Shown in pieces: positions 8,454 to 15,568 of a stretch of DNA of 32,000 nucleotides. Position 1 is the stretch's first letter; every line of letters begins with the position of its first letter. The DNA lies in assembly GCF_000423105.1 (NCBI RefSeq), contig NZ_KE383978.1, positions 502,790-534,789 on the forward strand, in the 5' to 3' direction. Origin of the DNA: Halalkalibacillus halophilus DSM 18494 (lineage in GTDB: Bacteria > Bacillota > Bacilli > Bacillales > Alkalibacillaceae). A program made the position numbers and the translations under genes. The notes beneath the pieces were generated by a model. The model was given only the letters and a program-made list of their open reading frames with translations. It made no database searches and was not told the DNA's origin.

Positions 8454-9558
8454 TTGGATTTATCAGATATCAGAAACGAGCTCGATCAGTTACAGGAGCG
8501 ACTCAATAGCTTTAGGGGGTCTCTTTGACATCACTGGTTATAAACGCCGGATTGGTGAGCTTGAAGTAGAAATGACAGAGCCAGAATTTTGGAACAATCC
8601 AGAAGCTGCTCAAAAGGTAATCAACGAGGCTAATGGGTTAAAACAGCTAGTCAATCACTTTGAGAATAATGAAGAAGAATTAGGTAACTTAGAGGTTTCC
8701 TATGAATTAGTAAAAGAAGAAAATGATTCAGAGTTACTCGAAGATTTGAAGGAACAATTATTAACAGTAAAAAAAGCGATTAATGATTTTGAATTAAATA
8801 TTTTACTTAGTGAACCCTATGATAAGAACAATGCAATTATTGAAATTCACCCTGGTGCAGGTGGTACAGAATCCCAAGATTGGGCGGAAATGCTGCTTAG
8901 AATGTATCAACGTTATGCAGATAAAAAAGGTTTCAAAGTAGAAACGCTTGATTATTTACCTGGTGATGATGCTGGAGTGAAGAGTGTCACCTTACTGATT
9001 CAAGGTTATAACGCTTATGGGTATTTAAAAGCTGAGAAGGGAGTACATCGATTAGTAAGAATTTCTCCATTTGATTCTTCTGGCAGAAGACACACTTCTT
9101 TTGCTTCCTTAGACGTTATGCCCGAATTTACAGATGATGTAGAAATCGATGTAAAAACAGAAGACTTAAAAATTGATACGTATCGTGCCAGTGGAGCAGG
9201 TGGACAGCATGTTAATACAACTGATTCAGCTGTTAGAATCACACATACCCCAACGAATACAATTGTTACCTGTCAATCTGAGCGATCGCAGATTAAAAAC
9301 CGCGAGCAAGCAATGAAAATGTTGAAATCGAAGTTGTATCAGAGGGAAATTGAAAGAAAACAGCAAGAGTTAGACGAGATCCGTGGTGAACAAAGTGAAA
9401 TTGGTTGGGGTAGTCAAATTCGGTCTTACGTTTTCCATCCATATAACATGGTAAAAGATCATCGTACTAATGTAGAAAACGGGAACACACAGGCTGTCAT
9501 GGATGGAAGCTTAGATTTATTCATTAATGCCTATTTACGATCCAAAGTGGATGGATAA
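8454..9558 (+). CDS. prfB: Peptide chain release factor 2, made by a programmed +1 frameshift (frame 0 is 8454-8525, T8526 is skipped, +1 frame is 8527-9558)
   Basis: TTG 8454 (RBS GAGGTGA at 8442-8448) encodes [24 protein letters not shown] and then meets an in-frame TGA. The +1 frame continues into the track ORF, which carries the SPF and GGQ motifs ([20 protein letters not shown]). The track ORF at 8572 lacks the N-terminus. Confidence 0.93.
8514..8529 (+). promoter_or_regulatory. RF2 autoregulatory +1 frameshift site
   Basis: AGGGGG TCT CTT TGA C. An internal Shine-Dalgarno-like AGGGGG lies 3 nt before the slippery CTT and the in-frame TGA-C. This is the canonical prfB recoding signal. 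Confidence 0.9.
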
Positions 9559-9612
9559 ATTTTGGACGTTTAGGAAAAAACATAAATATAAAATATGTCA
9601 GGAGGCAAGTAT

Positions 9613-9939
9613 ATGAATAAAAAATTATTACTAGCTATTATTGGATTAATCCTTATCGTTGCATTAGCTGCATGTGGTGGGGATGATGAAGGTTCTGGTG
9701 ATGGTGATTCAGGCGAGACTGCGCAAGGTGAAGAGCTGTTTCAACAAAACTGTGCACAATGTCATGGTGGTGACCTTGAAGGCGCTGCTGGACCATCGTT
9801 AGAAAATGTAGGTGCAACATATGAGCAAGATGGGATCGTACAAATCATTCAAGAAGGAACCGGCGCAATGGCTCCAATTGATGATGTAAATGAGGAAGAA
9901 GCAAATGAAATAGCAGAATGGGTACTTACTCAGGAATAA
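9613..9939 (+). CDS. cccB: Membrane-anchored (lipoprotein) cytochrome c551
   Basis: Signal peptide with the lipobox LAAC, an acidic linker and the heme motif CAQCH. AGGAGG at 9600-9605 lies 7 nt before ATG 9613. Position matches B. subtilis cccB. Confidence 0.88.
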   Translation: MNKKLLLAIIGLILIVALAACGGDDEGSGDGDSGETAQGEELFQQNCAQCHGGDLEGAAGPSLENVGATYEQDGIVQIIQEGTGAMAPIDDVNEEEANEIAEWVLTQE

Positions 9940-9951
9940 AGTATATTCTTC

Positions 9952-9982
9952 AAAGCTCAGCAGAATTGCTGAGCTTTTTTGT
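9952..9982 (+). terminator. Rho-independent terminator after cccB
   Basis: Perfect 11-bp stem AAAGCTCAGCA / TGCTGAGCTTT with a GAAT loop and a T-run. Confidence 0.9.
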
Positions 9983-9997
9983 TGAAAAAAAGGTCTA

Positions 9998-10026
9998 CCA
10001 TAGAATACGGTTCTATGGAATTTTTT
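9998..10026. terminator. Second (tandem, possibly bidirectional) terminator hairpin
   Basis: Perfect 8-bp stem CCATAGAA / TTCTATGG with a 5-nt loop. It is flanked by an upstream A-run (9985-9991) and a downstream TTTTTT (10021-10026). Confidence 0.6.
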
Positions 10027-10040
10027 GGGCTCAAAAGATT

Positions 10041-10089
10041 TCTGGATATAAAATAACTTTTGTGGATAAGCCATGGCTTTTCTGGATAA
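10041..10089. promoter_or_regulatory. Cluster of three DnaA-box-like 9-mers, all in the same orientation with 20-bp phasing
   Basis: TGTGGATAA at 10061-10069 is the exact reverse complement of the TTATCCACA consensus. TCTGGATAA at 10081-10089 matches 8/9 and TCTGGATAT at 10041-10049 matches 7/9. The palindrome AAGCCATGGCTT lies between boxes 2 and 3. Confidence 0.4.
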
Positions 10090-10404
10090 CGAACTACCTA
10101 CTCTTTTGTTTGGGAAAATTTAGGTGGCAACATGCATATTCGACTAAAGTCGACATCTTAAAGGAAGGTAAATCTATATTTTAGTTACATAGTTGTAGGG
10201 ATATAGGTAAGAGGGGTTGCAATTTGAAAAGAAAATGTAATATAAATTTGGAAGAAATATATGTTGAAGGATGTTATAATATGCTTATCGCAATTTATCA
10301 AAAAACTTTTAAAGCAGACAAAATACTAGTAGATATGATAATATATTAAAATAAATAGAAAATTCTAAAAATAAAACGAACATTTGGGGGAACGGGTGTA
10401 GCAT

Positions 10405-11091
10405 ATGATCGAGATGAAAAATGTACATAAAGTTTACAAGAACGGTGTGACCGCTCTGAACGGAGTCGATACATTTATAGATGCAGGAGAGTTCGTTTAT
10501 GTGGTCGGGCCAAGTGGGGCTGGTAAGACATCATTTATAAAAATGATGTACCGCGAAGAATCACCAACTAAGGGAAATGTATACATAAATAGCGTGGATG
10601 TAGCGAGTATTAAAGAAAGAAAAGTACCTCTATTAAGAAGAAGTGTAGGTGTGATCTTTCAGGACTTTAAACTGTTATCAAAGTTAACGGTTTATGAAAA
10701 TGTAGCTTTTGCTTTAGAGGTTATAGAAGAGAACCCTAAAAAAATCCGCAAACGTGTAATGGAAGTGTTAGATCGCGTTGGATTAAAGCATAAAGCTAGG
10801 TTTATACCAGATCAGTTATCAGGTGGAGAACAGCAAAGGGTTGCAATAGCTAGAGCCATTGCAAACAATCCTAAAATTGTTATTGCTGATGAGCCTACAG
10901 GTAACTTAGATCCTGAAACTTCTTGGGAGATTATGCGATTATTTGAAGAAATTAGTGCGTCAGGAACAACCCTTGTAATGGCAACGCATAGCCAAGATAT
11001 CGTTAATAAAATGCGTAAGCGAGTAATCGCTATGGAAAATGGAAAAATTGTGAGAGATGAGCATCGAGGGGAATATGGCTATGAAGTTTAG
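10405..11091 (+). CDS. ftsE: Cell-division ABC transporter ATP-binding protein FtsE
   Basis: MIEMKNVHKVYKNG matches the B. subtilis FtsE N-terminus. It has Walker A GPSGAGKTS, the signature LSGGEQQR and Walker B VIADEPTG. Confidence 0.95.
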   Translation: MIEMKNVHKVYKNGVTALNGVDTFIDAGEFVYVVGPSGAGKTSFIKMMYREESPTKGNVYINSVDVASIKERKVPLLRRSVGVIFQDFKLLSKLTVYENVAFALEVIEENPKKIRKRVMEVLDRVGLKHKARFIPDQLSGGEQQRVAIARAIANNPKIVIADEPTGNLDPETSWEIMRLFEEISASGTTLVMATHSQDIVNKMRKRVIAMENGKIVRDEHRGEYGYEV

Positions 11092-11974
11092 TACATTTAG
11101 AAGGCATATACGAGAAGGTACAAAAAACATCGTTAGGAATAGCTGGATGACAGTAGCTTCAGTAGGTGCAGTTACTACTACTCTAGTATTAGTTGCAGCT
11201 TTTCTAATTCTAATCTTAAACTTAAATCAAGTGGTAGATAATATTGAAAATGATGTTGAAGTAAGAGTTTATATTGACTTACAAGCTGAAGAAGAAGAAA
11301 TAGAAGAGCTTGGAGATCAAATAGCAGGACTGAATAATGTAGAAAGTTTTTATTTCCAATCAAAAGAAGAAGAACTAGAAATGTTAATTGAAGACTTAGG
11401 TGAAGACGGCGAGGCCTGGGAGTTATTTGAACAGGACAACCCTTTAAATAATGTTTATGTAGTAAACACGGAGCGAGCTGAAGATTTATCAGGAGTTGCT
11501 TCGCGAATTGAGACTTTTGAGAATATTGAGGATGTAAGTTATCGCAGTGATGTGGTCGATCGTCTATTAGATTTCAACCAGTACGCCAGAATCATCGGTG
11601 GGGTGTTTGTAGCAGCTTTACTATTTACAGCTATATTCTTAATCTCAAACACTATTAAGATGACGATCACTGCACGTAGTACAGAGATTTCGATTATGAA
11701 GTTAGTTGGTGCGAAAAACAACTTCATACGTTGGCCATTCTTTGTAGAAGGAACATTAACGGGTGTATTAGGAACGATTATCCCAATCGGATTAGTATTA
11801 GGTGGGTATCATTATCTGTACACCAACTTGAACGACCGAATCGACTTCCCATTCATTGAATTATTACCTTGGGATCCATTTGCGTGGCAACTATCACTTA
11901 TGCTTCTAGGAATTGGCGCATTTATCGGCATTTGGGGAAGTGTTATGAGTGTACGTAAATTCTTAAAAGTGTAA
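11081..11974 (+). CDS. ftsX: Cell-division ABC transporter permease-like protein FtsX
   Basis: ATG 11081 overlaps the ftsE stop, and GAGGGG lies at 11066-11071. The topology is FtsX-like: TM1, a large extracellular loop, then three C-terminal TMs. Synteny supports the call. Confidence 0.92.
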   Translation: MKFSTFRRHIREGTKNIVRNSWMTVASVGAVTTTLVLVAAFLILILNLNQVVDNIENDVEVRVYIDLQAEEEEIEELGDQIAGLNNVESFYFQSKEEELEMLIEDLGEDGEAWELFEQDNPLNNVYVVNTERAEDLSGVASRIETFENIEDVSYRSDVVDRLLDFNQYARIIGGVFVAALLFTAIFLISNTIKMTITARSTEISIMKLVGAKNNFIRWPFFVEGTLTGVLGTIIPIGLVLGGYHYLYTNLNDRIDFPFIELLPWDPFAWQLSLMLLGIGAFIGIWGSVMSVRKFLKV

Positions 11975-12024
11975 TGGTAACGTTTGTAAGACGGATAGAT
12001 ATAGAATAAGGAGGACAATTAGAT

Positions 12025-13722
12025 ATGTTGAAAAAGTTCATACCTGTTTTCCTATTTTTCATTGTAGCGGTTGGAGCTTTTACTCTATCAGGAAATGATA
12101 GGGTAGAGGCAAACCAATCAATTGATGAAATTGATGGAGAAATGCAGGAAGTAGAGAAAGAAAAAGAAAGTATTAATTCTGACCTAGGTGAATTAGAAAA
12201 CAGATTAAATCGTATTAAGTCCCAGCAAAATGATACAAAGGAAGAAATCGACGGTTTAAACTACGAGATTGAAGAAAATGAAATTGAAGTAGAACAAAAG
12301 CAACTAGAAATTTCTAAAACGGAAAATGAAATTAGACAACTAGAAACGGAAATTAAACAGTTAGAAGCAGAGATTGTCGAACTAGAAGAAGAAATTAAAG
12401 AACTAGAGAATGAGATTGAAAGACTAGAAAATCGCATAGTCGAACTAGAAGAAGAAATAGTAATTACAGAAGATAGAATTGAACAACGTGAAGACTTACT
12501 TAGAGAACGTTTAAGAACCCTTCAAAAAAATGGTGGGTCCGTTAAATACTTAGAAGTTATAGTTGGTTCAAAGGATTTCGGTGATTTCATTACAAGAGCT
12601 TCAGCGGTTAGCAAAGTTATGGATCAAGACCAAAACATAATTCATGAGCATTTTGCAGATATGCAGTACTTAGAAGAGACGAAAGTGGAAGTCGAAGAAA
12701 CAAAAGTAGAAGTTGAAGAATCAAAAGTAGCTGTAGAAAATAATAAAGATCAAGTTGCACAAAACAAAACACAAGTAGAATCTAATAAGGTAGAAACAGA
12801 AGACAAACGTTCTACTTTAGTTACTCAAAAAGAAGATTTAGAAACAGCGATTGCTAGTTTAGAAGGAACTCGTGAAGAGGAAGAAGTTGCCTTAGCAAGT
12901 TTAGAAGGCGATGAAGAAGAAGTTCATGAAATCCAACTTTCACTTGAAGAGGAAGAAGAATTATTAAGTCAACGTGAAGGTGTATTAGAACAAGCGAAAC
13001 AACAAGCAATCGAAGAAGAGCGTAAGCGTCAAGAAGAATTAGAAAGACAAAGACAAGCTGAGCTTGAAGAACAGCGTCAGCGAGAGCAAGAAGAAAGAGA
13101 AAGAAGAGAACGTGAAGAACGAGAAGCGAATAATTCATCAAATAGTGGTTCTTCCAATAGCGGAAACGCTGGTAATTCATCAAATGGAGGATCATCTAAT
13201 AGCGGAAACTCTGGTAGTTCCTCAAACGGAGGATCATCCAATAGCGGTGGGTCGGAACAAGCATCACCAGCTCCAGCGCCTGCACCACCTAAATTCTTGA
13301 CACCATCATCTGGTTACATATCTTCACACTTTAATCCAAATCGTATGGATCCTGTGTATGGGGTAGTTAGACCACATAATGGTACAGATATTGCGGCACC
13401 TAGAGGAACAAGTGTTAAATCTTCAGCTTCAGGTGTAGTCTATCGAGTCACTTCAAACTGTTCAGAAGGTAATAAATCTTGTGGCGGTGGCTTCGGTAAT
13501 GTTGTATTCGTAACGCATTTTGTTGATGGCCGTCAGTATGACACGGTATATGCTCACTTACAATCTGTAAATGTAGCACAAGGCCAGTCTGTTTCTCAAG
13601 GACAACAAATAGGTACGATTGGTTCGACGGGTGCTTCCAGTGGGCCGCACTTGCACTTTGAACTTCACCCTGGTGGTTATCGTAACCCTGTAAATCCAAT
13701 GGGTTACATTAGCGCACCTTAA
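12025..13722 (+). CDS. Secreted coiled-coil peptidoglycan metalloendopeptidase, peptidase M23 family (candidate FtsEX-controlled hydrolase)
   Basis: AAGGAGG lies at 12008-12014. The protein has a signal peptide, ~350 aa of heptad-rich E/K/L/Q coiled coil, an S/N/G plus PAPAPAPP linker and a C-terminal M23 domain with HxxxD (PHNGTDIA) and HxH (GPHLHFELH). No terminator separates it from ftsX. Confidence 0.88.
   Translation: MLKKFIPVFLFFIVAVGAFTLSGNDRVEANQSIDEIDGEMQEVEKEKESINSDLGELENRLNRIKSQQNDTKEEIDGLNYEIEENEIEVEQKQLEISKTENEIRQLETEIKQLEAEIVELEEEIKELENEIERLENRIVELEEEIVITEDRIEQREDLLRERLRTLQKNGGSVKYLEVIVGSKDFGDFITRASAVSKVMDQDQNIIHEHFADMQYLEETKVEVEETKVEVEESKVAVENNKDQVAQNKTQVESNKVETEDKRSTLVTQKEDLETAIASLEGTREEEEVALASLEGDEEEVHEIQLSLEEEEELLSQREGVLEQAKQQAIEEERKRQEELERQRQAELEEQRQREQEERERREREEREANNSSNSGSSNSGNAGNSSNGGSSNSGNSGSSSNGGSSNSGGSEQASPAPAPAPPKFLTPSSGYISSHFNPNRMDPVYGVVRPHNGTDIAAPRGTSVKSSASGVVYRVTSNCSEGNKSCGGGFGNVVFVTHFVDGRQYDTVYAHLQSVNVAQGQSVSQGQQIGTIGSTGASSGPHLHFELHPGGYRNPVNPMGYISAP
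12673..12798 (+). repeat. Six tandem 21-nt (heptad) repeats inside the M23 gene
   Basis: In-frame units EETKVEV / EETKVEV / EESKVAV / ENNKDQV / AQNKTQV / ESNKVET. Confidence 0.8.
13132..13257 (+). repeat. Three tandem 42-nt repeats encoding the Ser/Asn/Gly linker of the M23 protein
   Basis: NSSNSGSSNSGNAG / NSSNGGSSNSGNSG / SSSNGGSSNSGGSE. The DNA units start at 13132, 13174 and 13216. Confidence 0.8.
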
Positions 13723-13768
13723 GAGGTATCTGTTTTAGTTTACGATAGGTATAGAATATAGTACGATT

Positions 13769-13800
13769 AGAGCATTACACATCCATGTGTAATGCTCTTT
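13769..13800 (+). terminator. Strong hairpin after the M23 gene (probable terminator with a weak U-tract)
   Basis: Perfect 13-bp stem AGAGCATTACACA / TGTGTAATGCTCT, followed only by TT before C. Confidence 0.5.
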
Positions 13801-13920
13801 CACAATAATCGGAATAGAATTAAAAACATAGTGAATAAAGGTTTGGGAGAGACTTTGTTTACATAAGTTAAACAGGAGGAAGCGAACACAAATAAAGAAG
13901 GTTTGCTGAGGTGAAGTGGA

Positions 13921-15438
13921 ATGAATTTAAATAAAAATATTTTTATAGCATTGGTGGTAGCTGCATTTATTGTTGGCGGTGTTCTAACTGCTGCAGTGAT
14001 GAGTTGGGCTTCTGAAGACGAAGTCCAAAATGAACAAGTTGAAGAGGAACAACAGGAAGAAGAAGTTGAGGAAGAAGACGAAGAATCATCGGAAACAGAG
14101 GAAGAATCAAATGACTCTGACTCCAATGATGACCAAGACCAATCAGCGCAGTACGAACGTATTGAACGCGCGTTACAGCTGATTGAAGAAAATTATATTT
14201 CTGAAGTTTCGGAGGATGAATTACTAGAAGGTGCCATCGAAGGAATGGTCAGCTCATTAGATGATCCATTCAGTGAATACATGGACCCGGAAACAACAGA
14301 GCAATTCAATTCTCAGTTAGAATCTTCTTTTGAAGGTATTGGTGCAGAAGTCACGCAAAGAGATGGTCATGTAACAATTATTGCACCACTAAAAGACTCA
14401 CCTGCAGAGGATTCGGGTGTTCGACCGAATGACCGAATATTAGAAGTAGATGGCGAATCATTGGATGGGTATACCGTCAATGAAGCTGTTGCTCTAATTC
14501 GCGGGGAAAAGGGTACCGATGTGACTTTATTAATCGATCGACCAGGTGAAGAGGATCCGTTTGAAGTAGTTATTACTCGTGATACAATTCCTCTAACAAC
14601 CGTATATGCGGAAGTGGAAATGCAAGGAGATCGCCCTGTTGGTGTGATGGAAATTCGCTCCTTTGGTGAAGGGACTTCTCAAGAATTTGAAGAGGAACTA
14701 ACACGTTTAGAGGAAGAAGAGAACATTGAAGGCTTAGTCATTGATGTTAGAGGTAATCCAGGTGGGTTATTCACATCTGTAGAGGAGATTTTATCAAACT
14801 TTATGGATGGAGATGAGCCTTATGTGCAAACAGCTCGCCATGACATTGAACCAGAGCCATATTATGTTGATGGGGACGGACCAAAAGACTATCCAGTTTC
14901 CGTACTAATAAATGAAGGTAGCGCGAGTGCATCAGAGATCTTAGCTGCTGCATTAAAAGAGGTTCGTGGCTATGATATTGTTGGTCAAACAACATTTGGA
15001 AAAGGAACAGTTCAACAAACTTTGCCATTAGGTGATGGAATGTTGAAAGTGACTATACTAAATTGGTTGTCTCCAGAAGGTAATCAAATTGATGAGGTCG
15101 GTGTTGATCCAACAATTGAAGTACGACAACCAGAATATTATTATTTAACGTTAATTCAATCGGATGAAGAACTTGCCTTCGATATGAATAATAGCGAAGT
15201 AGAGAAGCTACAGTTGATGTTAGATGGCTTAGGATATGATACAAATCGTTCAGATGGCTATTTCGATGAAACGACGGAAGCGGCAGTTGAAAGCTTTCAA
15301 CAAGATGAAGGCTTAGATGTTACAGGAACAGTGAACGAGGAAACAGAAAATCGTCTAGAAGAATTAATCTTGGAATTTATCCAAGACCCAGAAAATGACG
15401 AACAACTTCAAGCTGCATTGGATGCTCTATTTGAATAA
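13921..15438 (+). CDS. ctpB: Carboxy-terminal processing protease (peptidase S41) with a PDZ domain and a C-terminal peptidoglycan-binding domain
   Basis: It has the catalytic-Ser motif GSASASEILAAALKE and the Lys motif TFGKGTVQ, a PDZ segment (GVRPNDRILEVDGESL) and a PG_binding_1-like tail (LQLMLDGLGYDTNRSDGYFDETTEAAVESFQ). GAGGTGA lies at 13909-13915. Position matches B. subtilis ctpB. The ctpA versus ctpB assignment rests on synteny only. Confidence 0.85.
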   Translation: MNLNKNIFIALVVAAFIVGGVLTAAVMSWASEDEVQNEQVEEEQQEEEVEEEDEESSETEEESNDSDSNDDQDQSAQYERIERALQLIEENYISEVSEDELLEGAIEGMVSSLDDPFSEYMDPETTEQFNSQLESSFEGIGAEVTQRDGHVTIIAPLKDSPAEDSGVRPNDRILEVDGESLDGYTVNEAVALIRGEKGTDVTLLIDRPGEEDPFEVVITRDTIPLTTVYAEVEMQGDRPVGVMEIRSFGEGTSQEFEEELTRLEEEENIEGLVIDVRGNPGGLFTSVEEILSNFMDGDEPYVQTARHDIEPEPYYVDGDGPKDYPVSVLINEGSASASEILAAALKEVRGYDIVGQTTFGKGTVQQTLPLGDGMLKVTILNWLSPEGNQIDEVGVDPTIEVRQPEYYYLTLIQSDEELAFDMNNSEVEKLQLMLDGLGYDTNRSDGYFDETTEAAVESFQQDEGLDVTGTVNEETENRLEELILEFIQDPENDEQLQAALDALFE

Positions 15439-15447
15439 ACAATGATT

Positions 15448-15482
15448 AAATAGATGACTCGAAGGAGGGTCATCTATTTTTT
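15448..15482 (+). terminator. Rho-independent terminator after ctpB
   Basis: Stem AAATAGATGAC / GTCATCTATTT, then a T-run to 15482. Confidence 0.8.
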
Positions 15483-15568
15483 CCACTCCTTTTGACAGAA
15501 TATGCAGAAATCGCAGTAGACTATTCAGAAAATAATTTCTTACCTAGATAATATCGGAGGTTAAAAGT

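Noticed and set aside
2755-9242. Antisense or alternative-frame ORFs inside fliD, fliS/fliT, hpf, secA and prfB: 2755-2940(-), 3895-4170(-), 4403-4732(-), 5909-6121(-), 6221-6430(+), 7262-7510(-), 7981-8361(-) and 9015-9242(-).
   Set aside because: Each lies wholly or largely within a strongly supported, homology-backed + strand gene. None has an RBS, and the translations have unnatural composition. They are typical shadow ORFs.
9799-10184. Track ORFs 9799-10074(-) and 9918-10184(+) in the cccB-ftsE spacer.
   Set aside because: Both run straight through the two terminator hairpins and overlap the cccB 3' end. Neither has an RBS, and the peptides are hydrophobic or aromatic-rich AT-driven sequences. 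They are not credible genes.
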